Shown here: positions 20,002 to 30,177 of the stretch, in pieces
Layout of the letters: each line of letters begins with the position of its first letter
Numbering within the stretch: the first letter of the stretch is position 1
Assembly: GCA_963812135.1 (NCBI GenBank)
Contig: CAWETU010000005.1
Location: 256,001 to 320,000, forward strand
Source: Vulcanimicrobiota bacterium
GTDB taxonomy: Bacteria > Vulcanimicrobiota > Vulcanimicrobiia > Eremiobacterales > Eremiobacteraceae
Direction: 5' to 3'
Length of the DNA stretch: 64,000 bases
Program-made: the position numbers and the translations under genes
The notes under the pieces: generated by a model
What the model saw: only the letters and a program-made list of their open reading frames with translations
The model's database searches: none
Told to the model about the DNA's origin: nothing

Positions 20002-21112
20002 TCAGGTCTTGGCGTGTTCCACGCGCAGCTGGCCGCAGGCCGCAGCGATGTCGTCGCCCATCGTATGTCGCAACGTGCTCGGCACGCCGCGTTCGCGCAG
20101 GATCTCTTGGAAGCGGATGGTCGCGGCCGGCGACGAGCGGCGATACGGGGCATCCGTCGCATTGTACGGGATCAGGTTGACGTGGTGCAGCGGACCGCCG
20201 AGCAAATCGGCGAGCTGGCGCGCGTCGTCGGGCGAATCGTTGACACCCCCTAGCAGGATGTACTCGTAGAACACCTTGCGGCGCGTGCGGGCCACATATG
20301 CGCGGGTGGCGGCCATGAGTTTGGCGATCGGCCACTTCTTGTTGATCGGCATCAGTTTGGTGCGCAGCCGCGTCGTCCGCCGCGTGCAGCGAGATCGCCA
20401 AGTTGACCTGGATGCCCTCGTCCGTGAAACGGTCGATGCCCGTCACGACGCCGGCGGTGGAAATCGTCATGTGGCGTGCACCAAGGTTGAAGCCGGCGGC
20501 GTCGTTCAGCAGCGCGACGGATTCCATGACGCGATCGTAGTTGAGGAAGGGCTCGCCCATGCCCATGAACACGATGTTCGTGAGGGAGCGCCCTTCAGTG
20601 CGCGCGCGCCGCGCGACGTCCACCGCCTGGTCGAAGATCTCGAGCGCGCTCAGGTTGCGGAAGAACCCGCCCTGTCCGGTGGCGCAGAAATCGCATTTCA
20701 GCGCGCAGCCGGCTTGCGACGAGATGCATGCAGTCGTACGGCCGCCGCGATGGCGCATGAGAACGGCTTCGACTTCCTTGCCGTCGGCAAGCCGGAAGAG
20801 CAGCTTCGTCGTCTGCTTGTCGCCGGAGGTCGCCTCGTGTTCAAGCTCGAGGCTCGAGAATTTCAGCGTCTGCGTGAGCTGCTCGCGCAGTTTGAGCGGC
20901 AGCACGCTGATCTCGGCGAACGAGGGGACGAACTCTTTGGTCGCCGCGCGATAGATCTGGGTCAAGCGATAACGCGCAAGGCCAAGCGATTCCGTCAGCG
21001 CTTCAGCGCTCTCGAACCCGGCCTCTTTAGCGCGGCCGTTCCACCAGATCGCCAACGCGTCTCGTTTACCGGCAGCCGGGACCGGGGCGGTCTTCATAGT
21101 CGTGGCCGTCAC
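20002..21112 (-). CDS. rlmN: Dual-specificity RNA methyltransferase RlmN (apparent frameshift near 20368)
   Basis: CISSQAGCALKCDFCATG, IVFMGMGEP, LAISLHA, then in a shifted frame MPINKKW...EYILL..VND...VNLIPYN...DIAAACGQL. Confidence 0.93.
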
Positions 21113-21808
21113 AGATCGAGCCTCAGTTCTTCTTCGCCTGGTTTCTCCGAGGTCGCTGCGACCGCTCGGGATCCCACAGGTTCGTCGCTACTCGATACAA
21201 GCGCGTCGAGTTTCGCGCGCACCGCCTGCAGGTCGGCCCAGACTAGTTTCTTCACCGCGGTCATGTTCCCGCCGGTCAATCGCAAGATATACGCTGGATG
21301 GTAGGTGGCCATGAGATCCGCACCGCCGGGACCGCGGAACCACATGCCGCGCTGGCGCGTGATCGAGAACCCCGGTCCGAGGAACGATTTCGCGGCGGGC
21401 GCGCCCAACGCCAGGATGATCTTTGGTTTGAGGGTCTCCAGCTCGATGTCGAGATACTCGCGACAATTCGCCATCTCTTCTTGCATCGGGGCGCGGTTCG
21501 CGATGCGGCCGCTCTCGTCGGTCGTCGCGCGGCATTTGATGGTGTTGGTGATGAACACGTCCTCCCGGCGCAAGCCGATCGCGCCGAGCATCTTCGTGAG
21601 CAGCTCGCCCGCGCGCCCGACGAACGGCGCGCCTTGCTTGTCTTCCGATTCGCCCGGCCCTTCGCCGACGATGACCAGCGGCGATGAAGGATCGCCGACG
21701 CCGCATACGACCTTGGTGCGCGTGTAACCGATCGGACAGCGCCGGCATGCGTCGGCGATCTCATGCAGCCGGGCGAGCGCACGCCCGTCGCTCCGCGGTG
21801 TCCATCAT
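21109..21808 (-). CDS. Uracil-DNA glycosylase family 4 (apparent frameshift near 21785)
   Basis: ACRRCPI, VGEGPG..ED..G.PFVGRAG, ITNTIKCR, TYHPAY. Confidence 0.9.
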
Positions 21809-22716
21809 CCGTGCGCCATCAGCGCGTTGACGCCCGCGCGTACGCCGAGGACGAGCGCGACGAGCGCCGCGACGTAGAAGAGGTAACGCGCGACCAGCGC
21901 GACCGACAACGACCAGTACCACGCCAGTCCGTGATGCTTGATCCAATACAGCCGCCGGCTGCGCTGACGCCAATTCAGCACGCCGACCGAGCCCCACGTT
22001 TTATGGCTGCCGCCCTGCTCGGACTTGTGCATCGCGACACACTGGGGCAAGAAGACCACGCGCTCGCCGCGATCGCGCAGCTGATGCGCGAAATCGATCT
22101 CCTCATGATACAGGAAGAAACGCTCGTCGAAGCCGCCGAGCTGCGCGAAGACATCGGCGCGGATGAACATCGCTGCACCCACGATGAGGTCGACGTCGCG
22201 TTCGCTCGAGTAGTCGAAGGTTGACAGCGCGTAACCGTTCGACTGCGCGCGAAACCACGGCAGTTCGCCCCATGCGGAGCTGCGCAAGAACGCCTGCCAC
22301 CACGTGTCGAACTCGCCGCACGACGGCGCGACGCTGCCGTCTTCGTTGAGCAGCTTCGCGCCGGCCATCGCGACGTCGGGATGCGAGTTGAAGTAGTCCA
22401 CCGCGTTGCGCAGCAGTCCAGGTTTGGCGCGCGCATCGGGATTGAGGAAGAACAGCAGCGGCGTGTGGGCCGCGCGCGCGCCGATATTGCAGGCCTTGGC
22501 GAAACCGAGATTGGCGCCGTTCTCCAGCACGGTGGCTGTCGGGTATGCGGCTTTGGCGCGCGCGACGCTGTCGTCCGCCGATCCGTTGTCGGAGACGATC
22601 ACCTCTGCAAAGGCCGCGTCGCCGGCAACCTCAGGCAGCTGTGCGATCGACTGCAAGCAGTCCTCGAGCTCGTCGGCGGCGTTATAACTGACGACGATGA
22701 CCGAAACGGCGGGCAT
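21805..22716 (-). CDS. Glycosyltransferase family 2
   Basis: VSVIVVSYN, DNGSAD, NLGFAKACN, FLNPD, GGFDERFFLYHEEID. Confidence 0.92.
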   Translation of the reverse strand: MPAVSVIVVSYNAADELEDCLQSIAQLPEVAGDAAFAEVIVSDNGSADDSVARAKAAYPTATVLENGANLGFAKACNIGARAAHTPLLFFLNPDARAKPGLLRNAVDYFNSHPDVAMAGAKLLNEDGSVAPSCGEFDTWWQAFLRSSAWGELPWFRAQSNGYALSTFDYSSERDVDLIVGAAMFIRADVFAQLGGFDERFFLYHEEIDFAHQLRDRGERVVFLPQCVAMHKSEQGGSHKTWGSVGVLNWRQRSRRLYWIKHHGLAWYWSLSVALVARYLFYVAALVALVLGVRAGVNALMAHG

Positions 22717-22798
22717 GGGTTTGATGTTCTAAAGCAGGTGCGGGAAAACCCGGCGGGCTCGCTCGCGTGCGCCCGCTAGACATCGCGCGGGCTTCAGG

Positions 22799-23225
22799 TC
22801 ACCAATCGACAATCCAGCACGGGTTCCCAACGTGCGCTTTGAAATGTACTATGGTTCCAGCTGTAAGCACGAACCGGTTCAGGTCCGGGTGCTCGGGAAA
22901 TATGACGTCGGAAATCACTCCATTGCGCATGATGACCCTGACCTGTCCAACATCAGCGATTCACACACCCCGGGTCTCCGGCTTGCCAAGCGCGGCCTTG
23001 CAGCGAGCACTGCCCGTTCTGAAGGGGAGTAGCCGCCGGCTTGTATTGTGAGAAATAGAAGTCGATGGCTGTCGCTTGATTAAGAAGGTAGCTGCTATGT
23101 CCGATATCCATTTGCGCGACCGTAGATTTGCAAGTAAGGAACAGGTTGTCCGCGCGCGCCGGCTGACCAACCAAGACGATCGTTGTTGCAGCGAGCACCA
23201 CCGTGACGAGGATGATATTCTTCAT
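22799..23225 (-). CDS. Secreted protein, tandem paralogue B (1-nt frameshift near 22960)
   Basis: Aligns along its full length with 23231..23659 once one A is removed at GTG AATC; ends HFKAHVGNPCWIVDW. Confidence 0.75.
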
Positions 23226-23230
23226 AGGTG

Positions 23231-23659
23231 TCACCAATCGACCTTCCAGCACGGGTGGTCCACATGCGCCTTGAAATGGTATACGTATCCCCCACCGAGC
23301 ACGAAGCCCGCCAGGTCCGAGTGTTCGGAAAACGACGCGGTGTAAATCCTTCCATTGCGCATCAAGAAATTGAACTGCCCGATATCAGCGAGCACGCAAT
23401 TTGGATCTCCGGATTGCCAACTGCGGCCCGCCAACGAGCACTGTCCATTCTGAAGCGGGATGTTCGACGGTTGCCATTCTCTGAAATAGAACGTGAGATA
23501 GGTCAGTTGGTTGACGAACGCGCTACTATGGCCGACTTCCATCTGCGGAAACGACGACTTGCACGTCAGCATCAGATTGTCGGCGCGCGCCGGCTGAGCG
23601 ACCAAGACGATTGATGTCACAGCAAGCACCGACGCGAGTGCTGTGGCAAGATGTTTCAT
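23231..23659 (-). CDS. Secreted protein, tandem paralogue A
   Basis: AAGGAG SD; signal peptide ending QPARA; 4 Cys; ends HFKAHVDHPCWKVDW. Confidence 0.8.
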   Translation of the reverse strand: MKHLATALASVLAVTSIVLVAQPARADNLMLTCKSSFPQMEVGHSSAFVNQLTYLTFYFREWQPSNIPLQNGQCSLAGRSWQSGDPNCVLADIGQFNFLMRNGRIYTASFSEHSDLAGFVLGGGYVYHFKAHVDHPCWKVDW

Positions 23660-23737
23660 CTCACACTCCTTCGGTCCACCAAAACGTTGCACGAGCTTTA
23701 GGGACCGACCCTGCCCAACCTGCATCGCCAGCTCTAG

Positions 23738-23768
23738 AAAAAAAACGAGCGTCTTTGCAGACGCTCGT
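23738..23768 (-). terminator. Intrinsic terminator
   Basis: Minus strand ACGAGCGTCT-gcaa-AGACGCTCGT followed by a T run. Confidence 0.85.
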
Positions 23769-23785
23769 CGGGTGGTTCCGTTCTA

Positions 23786-23808
23786 CGGTCGAATAAATCC
23801 GACCGCTC
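23786..23808 (-). repeat. REP-like palindrome, copy 3 (GTAG degenerate to GAG)
   Basis: Minus strand GAGCGGTCGGATTTATTCGACCG. Confidence 0.85.
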
Positions 23809-23812
23809 TATG

Positions 23813-24064
23813 CTACGAGGCTTTCTGGACCGTCGCAGGCTCCATGGCTGGCAGCGCGTTCAGCGCGTCCAGGATCATGGAGAGCGGGATGCCGTAGCCT
23901 TCGCTCACTTGCTCGATCGTCTCGAATTCCGAGATCGCGCAGTGGGCGCATCCCCCGAGGTGAAAGTTGGCGAAGACTGCTCTCGCACCAGGGTGGAGAG
24001 CAAATGCTTCGCCGACGGTCAGGCTTTGATGAAACGTTGGACTGTCTGTACTGACGGCGACCAC
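23813..24064 (-). CDS. DUF1858-like small CxxC redox protein
   Basis: TVGEAFALHPGARAVF..FHLGGCAHC.IS..ETIEQ...YGI....ILDALN pattern. Confidence 0.75.
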   Translation of the reverse strand: MVAVSTDSPTFHQSLTVGEAFALHPGARAVFANFHLGGCAHCAISEFETIEQVSEGYGIPLSMILDALNALPAMEPATVQKAS

Positions 24065-24167
24065 CCCCTTCTCCCGTCGTGCGCCGTCTTTTTCTCTTCT
24101 TGTGACAGCAGCCGCGGGTTGATACAAGAGCAGTATTCGGGGCGGTACCCTGCCGAACCTCCGCTGC

Positions 24168-25274
24168 ATGGCGACCGTCACCGCCCACGACGCGATCGTA
24201 GGACCCGAGCGCAGCTCCGGTGCCGAACTCGAGCGGAGCTCGAGTCTTGGTTTTGACTGGGTGATGGCGCTGCTCGGCGGCTTGTTCGTCGGCGGACTGT
24301 ACATCGACGGTTGGGCGCACAACCACCTCGACCGCATCGAGACGTTCTTCACGCCGTGGCACGCGCTGTTCTACGGTTCGTTTCTCTTGTTGGCGATCGT
24401 CTTCGGCGTCTATGTGTTCGCCGGCTTCAACACGAACTTGCGCGAAAAATCGAACCTCATCACGCGCTGGTCCCGCGCGATTCCGCGCGGCTACGAGTGG
24501 TCGGCCGCCGGCGTGGCGCTTTTCTTGCTCGCGGGCGTCGGCGACATGGCGTGGCACCTGCGGTTCGGCATCGAGGTGAGCACCGAAGCGCTGTTGAGCC
24601 CGACGCACCTCGCGCTCGCGACCGGTATGGCACTGATTCTACTGGGACCGTTTCGGGCTGCCGTCGCGCGGGGCGACGACGCAAAGGGCAGCGCGCTCTG
24701 GCCCGCCGTGATTTCGCTGACGCTCATGTATTGCGGCTTGACGTTCATGACGCAGTTCGCGCCGGCGATGGGGCAATGGGGCGTCGGACCGCAACCGCCT
24801 CGCGACCTGGCTGAGATCAGGATCGACCGCAGCATCACCGTGCAATTGCTCGACGCGGCAATTCTTAGCGGCGTCGTGCTGCTCGCGCTGCGCCAGTGGG
24901 GTGCGCGCTTGCCGTTCGGCGCGATCACGGCGATCCTCGTCATCAACTCCCTGCTCATGGAGACGCAACAAGGCGGCAACGAGCAGCTGCTCGGCATCGT
25001 GTTGGCGGGATTGGCGAGCGATACGCTGATCGCGTGGCTGCAGCCATCAACCACCCGCATCGTGCAGCTGCGCTGGGTGGCGTTCGCGGTGCCGTTCCTG
25101 TATTTCGCGGCGCACTACGCGACGTATTGGGTACGCGGCTATCCTATCTATTATAAGGTCCACATCTGGGCCGGCCTGCCGTTCATCGCCGGGCTGATCG
25201 GACTGCTCTTGAGTTTTCTCGCGGTCTCGGCGCCGCTTACGCCGCGCGGCGTGCCTGCAGATACGCGAGCATGA
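24168..25274 (+). CDS. Polytopic membrane protein of unknown function
   Basis: About 10 hydrophobic segments; repeated D.WAH...ETFFTPWH / DMAWH...EALLSPTH His motifs. Confidence 0.8.
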   Translation: MATVTAHDAIVGPERSSGAELERSSSLGFDWVMALLGGLFVGGLYIDGWAHNHLDRIETFFTPWHALFYGSFLLLAIVFGVYVFAGFNTNLREKSNLITRWSRAIPRGYEWSAAGVALFLLAGVGDMAWHLRFGIEVSTEALLSPTHLALATGMALILLGPFRAAVARGDDAKGSALWPAVISLTLMYCGLTFMTQFAPAMGQWGVGPQPPRDLAEIRIDRSITVQLLDAAILSGVVLLALRQWGARLPFGAITAILVINSLLMETQQGGNEQLLGIVLAGLASDTLIAWLQPSTTRIVQLRWVAFAVPFLYFAAHYATYWVRGYPIYYKVHIWAGLPFIAGLIGLLLSFLAVSAPLTPRGVPADTRA

Positions 25275-26335
25275 ACTGATCGAGATCGCCGTCTAAGACG
25301 CGCTGCGCGTCTGAGATCTTGACCTCGGTGCGATGGTCGTTGACCATCGTGTACGGCTGAAGCGTGTACGATCTGATCTGACTGCCCCATTCGATCGCGC
25401 TCTTCTGGCCGCTCAGCTGCGCCAGCTTCGCGGCTTGCTCGTCGCGGCGGCGCTGCGCGAGTTTGGCGGCGAGCATCTTCATCGCGCGGTTGCGATTCGC
25501 CAGCTGCGAACGCTCGTTCTGGACGGCGACGATGATGCCGGACGGCTTGTGCGTGATGCGGATGGCGCTTTCAGTCTTGTTGACGTACTGGCCGCCCGCG
25601 CCGCCGCTCTTGTACGTCTCGACCTCGAGCTCGTCGGGCTTGATCTCGACCGCTTCGTCGCCCTCTTCGATGTCCGGCGTGACGTCAACGGATGCGAACG
25701 ACGTGTGTCGGCGCTTGTTGGCGTCGTATGGCGAGATGCGCACTAGCCGGTGAACGCCGCGCTCGCTCTCAAGGTAGCCGTACGCGTTGCGGCCTTCGAT
25801 CACCAGCGTCGCGCTCTTGAGCCCGGCCTCTTCGCCTTCGAGACTGTCGACGATCTCAGTGCGGTAGCCGTGACGCTCGGCCCAACGGATGTACATGCGC
25901 AGCAGCATTTCCGCCCAATCGCACGCCTCGGTCCCCCCGGCACCCGCGTGAATCGTCAAGATGGCACCGTGGCTGTCGAATTCTCCATCGAGAATCGCGG
26001 TCGTCTCGGCCGCATCAAGATCGGTCCGCAAAACGACAAGCGCCGCGGTGACCTCGGCTTCGAGGGCGGTGCCGCCTTCGTCTAGGGCGACATATTCAGC
26101 GAGCTCCGCCGCCCGAGATTCCAAGCGCGCCAAGGGCTCGACCTCCGATTTGAGGTCGGCCAGGTGTTTCATGTGCTTTTGCGCGGTGTGGGGATCGTTC
26201 CAGAAGTCGGCGGCGTGCGATTCGGTCTCGAGCCGCGTTATCTCGCGCTGTTTGCCGGCATAGTCAAAGCCGCACCTGAAGGGTCTTCAGGCGATCGGTG
26301 ATGCGGTCGAGGTCGGTGCGCAGTTGTTCGTTCAC
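25237..26335 (-). CDS. prfB: Peptide chain release factor 2 (programmed +1 frameshift)
   Basis: ORF1 MNEQLRTD...LQVRL then CTT TGA C; ORF2 has GAGGTEACDW, GVHRLVRISPYD, GAGGQ, WGSQIRSY. Confidence 0.97.
26263..26277 (-). promoter_or_regulatory. prfB +1 frameshift cassette
   Basis: Minus strand AGGTGcggCTTTGAC: internal SD-like sequence plus the canonical CUU UGA C shift site. Confidence 0.93.
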
Positions 26336-26410
26336 GAGATTAAACGTTCGCTGCCGGGACCAGAAAAACTGCACCCGTGCGGCCAGGTGATCAGGGCAGG
26401 TGCGCGCCTA

Positions 26411-26980
26411 CTAGGACGTCGGGCTGTCTATGTCGCGCCACTTGTCGACGAGCGGCATGCGCGCGACGCCCGCCGGATAGTTACCGCCTGGATGGGCCGC
26501 AAGCCATTCCTTGGCTTGCACCGCCATGTACTCAAATGATTCGAACGAAGTGTTCACGCCGCCGGAGCCCACCGCCAAAAGTGCGACGACGGGCTCGAGC
26601 TGCTGCCAAAATGAGGCGATCATGGCGGCGCTCGCGATCATGAATGCGCGCCGATCGATGGCACCCATGCGATAGTAGGACCCCCACTGGTCGAAGAAAT
26701 TCGCGATCTTTATCTCGGGATGTCGCTCGCGATCGAGGGCGCCGTCACGAAGCTCTGCGCGGAACGCCGGATCTTTAAGCCGCTCGGCGAGTTCTGCGCG
26801 CACGAAATGAAACGCATCGGCTAACTCGGCGCCTTCGTACATCTGAAAAAAGGTCTGCCAGGCCGTGAGCTGATTGGCAGAGCGCAGATGCTGGAGCTGT
26901 ATCAGCGCGGCGATCGCCGTTAGCGCGATCACGATGAATGTGCCGATCTGCGCGATCGCAGACCAAACCTCGATCGTCAG
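26411..26980 (-). CDS. Membrane-anchored hypothetical protein (DUF4760-like)
   Basis: N-terminal TM EVWSAIAQIGTFIVIALTAIAALIQL, then IANFFDQWG...FEYMA; the full TM requires a CTG start at 26980. Confidence 0.65.
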   Translation of the reverse strand: MTIEVWSAIAQIGTFIVIALTAIAALIQLQHLRSANQLTAWQTFFQMYEGAELADAFHFVRAELAERLKDPAFRAELRDGALDRERHPEIKIANFFDQWGSYYRMGAIDRRAFMIASAAMIASFWQQLEPVVALLAVGSGGVNTSFESFEYMAVQAKEWLAAHPGGNYPAGVARMPLVDKWRDIDSPTS

Positions 26981-26989
26981 TGGCCGCCC

Positions 26990-27382
26990 CTAATGGCGCG
27001 CAAGCTGCGTGAGCTGAATGAGGTTGCCGCAGCTGTCATTCAGCATCGTAATGGTCGCGAAGGTCACGTCGGTGGGCGGCATCGTGAACTCGGCGCCGCG
27101 GGCCTTGATCCGCTCGTAGTCGCTCTTGACGTCGTGGGTGAAGAACATCGCCGCGGGCAGGCCCTGTTGGAACATCGCCTGCTGATACGCTTTCGCCGCG
27201 GGGTTGTTGTTCAGCGCCAACTGCAATTCAGTGCCGTCCGATTCCTCGGGCGAGACCACGGTCAGCCACCGATATGGGCCCTGACTGACATCGGCCTTCT
27301 TGGCAAAACCCAGTACCTCTGTGTAGAAGCGCAGCGCCTTGTCCTGATCGTCCACGTAGAGGTTGCTCAATTTGATTTTCAT
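26990..27382 (-). CDS. VOC/glyoxalase family protein
   Basis: VDDQDKALRFYTEVLGF, RWLTVVSPE, DSCGNLIQL. Confidence 0.92.
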   Translation of the reverse strand: MKIKLSNLYVDDQDKALRFYTEVLGFAKKADVSQGPYRWLTVVSPEESDGTELQLALNNNPAAKAYQQAMFQQGLPAAMFFTHDVKSDYERIKARGAEFTMPPTDVTFATITMLNDSCGNLIQLTQLARH

Positions 27383-27398
27383 ATCGTTTTTCTAGCGG

Positions 27399-27872
27399 CT
27401 AGCGTCGGCGAGCCAATGTGTTCAGCCCCACAGCGTCGCGGACGAGCGTCTTGAAGGCGGCTTCGTCAATTTTGTCGCCTTCATGCAGGTCGATCGCACG
27501 CCTGACGTTGCCCTCGAGGCTGGAGTTGAAGAGCTTCTTAGGATCGTTCAGCTGAGCGCCCTTGGCAAATGTCAGCTTGACCACTTCCTTATAAGTCTCG
27601 CCCGTGCAGATGATCCCGTCGTGAGACCACACGGGAACGCCTCGCCACTTCCACTCTTCGATAACCCCGGGATCGGCTTTTTTGATCAGGGAGCGCATCC
27701 GCGCCAGCGTCTTGCCACGCCAGTCGTCCAGCTCCTTGATCCGCGCGTCTATCAACCGAGATGGTGACTTGCCATTCTGCGAAGTGCTGTTCGTACTTTT
27801 CTTCAATGTCTTCACGCCTGTTTCTCCTGTTGATTTTGTCTTGACCCAGAAAGCGTCCGCCACTTTGCTCAT
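27399..27872 (-). CDS. DUF1801 (YdhG-like) protein
   Basis: DWRGKTL...ADP.V.EEWKW.GVPVWSHDGIICTGETYK..VKLTF.KGA. Confidence 0.85.
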   Translation of the reverse strand: MSKVADAFWVKTKSTGETGVKTLKKSTNSTSQNGKSPSRLIDARIKELDDWRGKTLARMRSLIKKADPGVIEEWKWRGVPVWSHDGIICTGETYKEVVKLTFAKGAQLNDPKKLFNSSLEGNVRRAIDLHEGDKIDEAAFKTLVRDAVGLNTLARRR

Positions 27873-28031
27873 TTGCCCTTCGTCTTCCTACCCAATAACC
27901 ATGACAGCTTTTCCGCAGCCGCTCGCTCGTTTCGATCGACGCATCGTCGGTTAGGAGAGTGGGACTCTCCTATGGAAGGTTGCGATAATCCAGTGCCCTA
28001 AAACAAGCCGCGTCAGTCGAGGAGGAAGCAC

Positions 28032-28616
28032 ATGCATCGACTTGTCGTCGCGCTCTTCATTCTTGTTGGGTTGGAAGGGTGCGGCACCCCTTTAGCACAC
28101 CAGCGAACCGCAAGTGTCTCACCTGAAGAGCATCCGCTTATCCTTGAACGAGACCAAGGTGAGGTTCGCGTTTGGCGGCCGCTCGTCTCGGAACCGCCGG
28201 CTGAGCAGAAACTCGATGAAATCACCCACTTTATGATAAAGGTTGACAGGCAAAACGGAGGTTCACCGGATTTTTGGTTCGGCACGGAGACCTTACCGGT
28301 GGGGGCTGGAATTCCTTATCACCGGCATTTGCGCGAGGACGAAGTATTGTACATCGTTTCCGGAAGCGCACATGTCCATGTGGGTTCCATCGTGGGTGAC
28401 GCACACCCGGGAGCGATAGTTTTCATTCCCAGAGACACGTGGGTATCGGTGCAACCCAATGGTAAGACACCCATTTCGTTGCTTTTCGCTTTTAACGCCC
28501 CGGGCTTTGATCGTTACATGCGGTGTGAAGCGGTGCCCCTAGGGCAGCGTTCACAACCTGTAACGGCGCAGGAGGACCAGAGTTGCACGAAAGCGGGCGA
28601 CGTTCAGTATCGGTGA
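28032..28616 (+). CDS. Exported cupin-domain protein
   Basis: GGAGG SD; lipobox-like LEGC; IPYHRHLREDEVLYIVSG...GAIVFIP cupin motifs. Confidence 0.85.
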   Translation: MHRLVVALFILVGLEGCGTPLAHQRTASVSPEEHPLILERDQGEVRVWRPLVSEPPAEQKLDEITHFMIKVDRQNGGSPDFWFGTETLPVGAGIPYHRHLREDEVLYIVSGSAHVHVGSIVGDAHPGAIVFIPRDTWVSVQPNGKTPISLLFAFNAPGFDRYMRCEAVPLGQRSQPVTAQEDQSCTKAGDVQYR

Positions 28617-28639
28617 AGGTTGATGTCGTCGCCCGCGTG

Positions 28640-29464
28640 TCAGATGGCTGGCCGGCGCGCCCATGTCTCAATGATTCGAGGCCCGCTCAGCACCGTATTT
28701 GGATCGCGAGCGAACTCGTACAACTCGACCAGGAGACTTTCGACGTCGGCGCGCGACGCGACGCCTTCGGCGATCACCGCATCTGCTATGTTCTCCAGCG
28801 TGATTGGGGTGATCAGCTTTGTGTCGCCACTCATTCCCGCGTGCTGAACGACGCTCAGGTGTATGTTCTCGAACCCAGCTTGGGACAGCAGTTCCGCCAA
28901 GCGTAGGCCTATATCGGCGTCGCCGTTTCGTCGCCTGAGCGTCTCCGCGTAGACTTTGACGTAGCGGTGGACGGCTGGACTTTCGGGGTGAGAAAACAGC
29001 CCGTGAAAGTTCGTGTCGGCAACGATGACGACTCCGCCGGGTTTGAGGGCCGTTCGGATCTTTGCAAGCGCCGCGCTTGGGTTCCGCAGATGCGTGAGGA
29101 CAAACCTCGCGTGGGCGACGTCGAATTTCTCATGGAGGACGTAATCCTCAAGGTTGGCGACCCGAAAATCCACGTTTGAGATTTGCTGAGCTACGGCTTC
29201 GCCGCGCGCGATGTCGATCTTGACTTCGTCGAGATCGATCGCGACAACCCTACCGTTCGGCGCCACGAGGCGCGCGAGCTCGACTGATACATCGCCGCCT
29301 CCACAACCGACGTCTAAGCAAACCATCCCGGGCGCAACGCCGGCACGTCGCAGCAGGTCCAACGTCGAAAGCCGATGGATGCCGGCGAGGACGCGCAGCC
29401 TTTCTCTTCCAGCAGCTCCGCCGCGGATGATATATGATGGTTTACTGGTTTCCGAGCTGCTCAG
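28640..29464 (-). CDS. Class I SAM-dependent methyltransferase
   Basis: CLDVGCGGG, FDVAHARFVLTHL, LKPGG; the frame stays open upstream through YIIRGGAAGRERLRVL to CTG 29464. Confidence 0.85.
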   Translation of the reverse strand: MSSSETSKPSYIIRGGAAGRERLRVLAGIHRLSTLDLLRRAGVAPGMVCLDVGCGGGDVSVELARLVAPNGRVVAIDLDEVKIDIARGEAVAQQISNVDFRVANLEDYVLHEKFDVAHARFVLTHLRNPSAALAKIRTALKPGGVVIVADTNFHGLFSHPESPAVHRYVKVYAETLRRRNGDADIGLRLAELLSQAGFENIHLSVVQHAGMSGDTKLITPITLENIADAVIAEGVASRADVESLLVELYEFARDPNTVLSGPRIIETWARRPAI

Positions 29465-29489
29465 TGCGCCAACCCGCGGAACGTTAGAC

Positions 29490-30032
29490 CTAGTGCTGCT
29501 TCACGTACAGGCCGTTCTCGGCTGTCGGCATCGGCTTGAGCGTCCACGAAGTTCCGTCCGCGTATTCTATCTTTAGGGCGACGCACTGCGGCTTCACTCG
29601 CGGAGTCGCTGGCGGATGGATGCCATACCGTCGTTTGATCTCAGCGCCCGGGGTAAACGTGCCCTGGTCGCGCACCTCCGCGATGAGGATGTCGACAACG
29701 ACGAGCCCGAAGACGACCGTCTTCATCGGCTTGGGCGAAACGTTCGTAAAATCGATGAACAAGCGCGACGGCGAACTTGCCGGCGGTTGGAAGTACGCAA
29801 GCCCGAATGGATCGTCCCAGTAGTACGGCGTAGTTGGATAGTAGCCATCGCTATAACCGACATAGCTCGATGCCGGTTCACCGCCTTGGCCGTAATTGAA
29901 TTGGGCGTCACAGTGCGAGACCTTTACTTGGGCTGCGACCGGCGCGGCGTTCGGTGAAGGGGCGGCCTGACAAATCGCCGGCGTGGAAAACGCGAGCACG
30001 GTAGCAAGCAGCAGCGCTGATCTCATCGTCAC
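29490..30032 (-). CDS. Secreted hypothetical protein
   Basis: Signal peptide, Tyr-rich loop, beta-rich IDFTNVSPK...VRDQGTFTPG...C...IEYADGTSW domain. Confidence 0.75.
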   Translation of the reverse strand: MTMRSALLLATVLAFSTPAICQAAPSPNAAPVAAQVKVSHCDAQFNYGQGGEPASSYVGYSDGYYPTTPYYWDDPFGLAYFQPPASSPSRLFIDFTNVSPKPMKTVVFGLVVVDILIAEVRDQGTFTPGAEIKRRYGIHPPATPRVKPQCVALKIEYADGTSWTLKPMPTAENGLYVKQH

Positions 30033-30177
30033 TCTCCGTTGCGCGCATTTTCCCTTAAGACCGCGGCGATACCCGCAGGGAAGCCGGCGGGCTATTAGTC
30101 CGCCGGCGAGGGGTGCTCGGCGCCAAAGAAAGAACCGGGTTCCACTGAGGACCTTGCTAAGTCAGCGGAGGCGTACT

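Noticed and set aside
19088..21112. Apparent RlmN-ABC ATPase fusion (674-aa ORF)
   Set aside because: The true RlmN C-terminus (DIAAACGQL) is in another frame ending at 20002; the fusion results from the indel near 20368.
26624..26635. 12-bp match (GGCGGCGCTCGC) to the secA-end core
   Set aside because: Lies inside a CDS, lacks the T tract and arms, and the same GC-rich word also appears in an unrelated gene near 47065.
29466..29492. GTCTAAC just after a stop codon, resembling an integron attC inverse core
   Set aside because: The intergenic gap is only 25 nt, with no matching GTTRRRY end and no hairpin of attC length.
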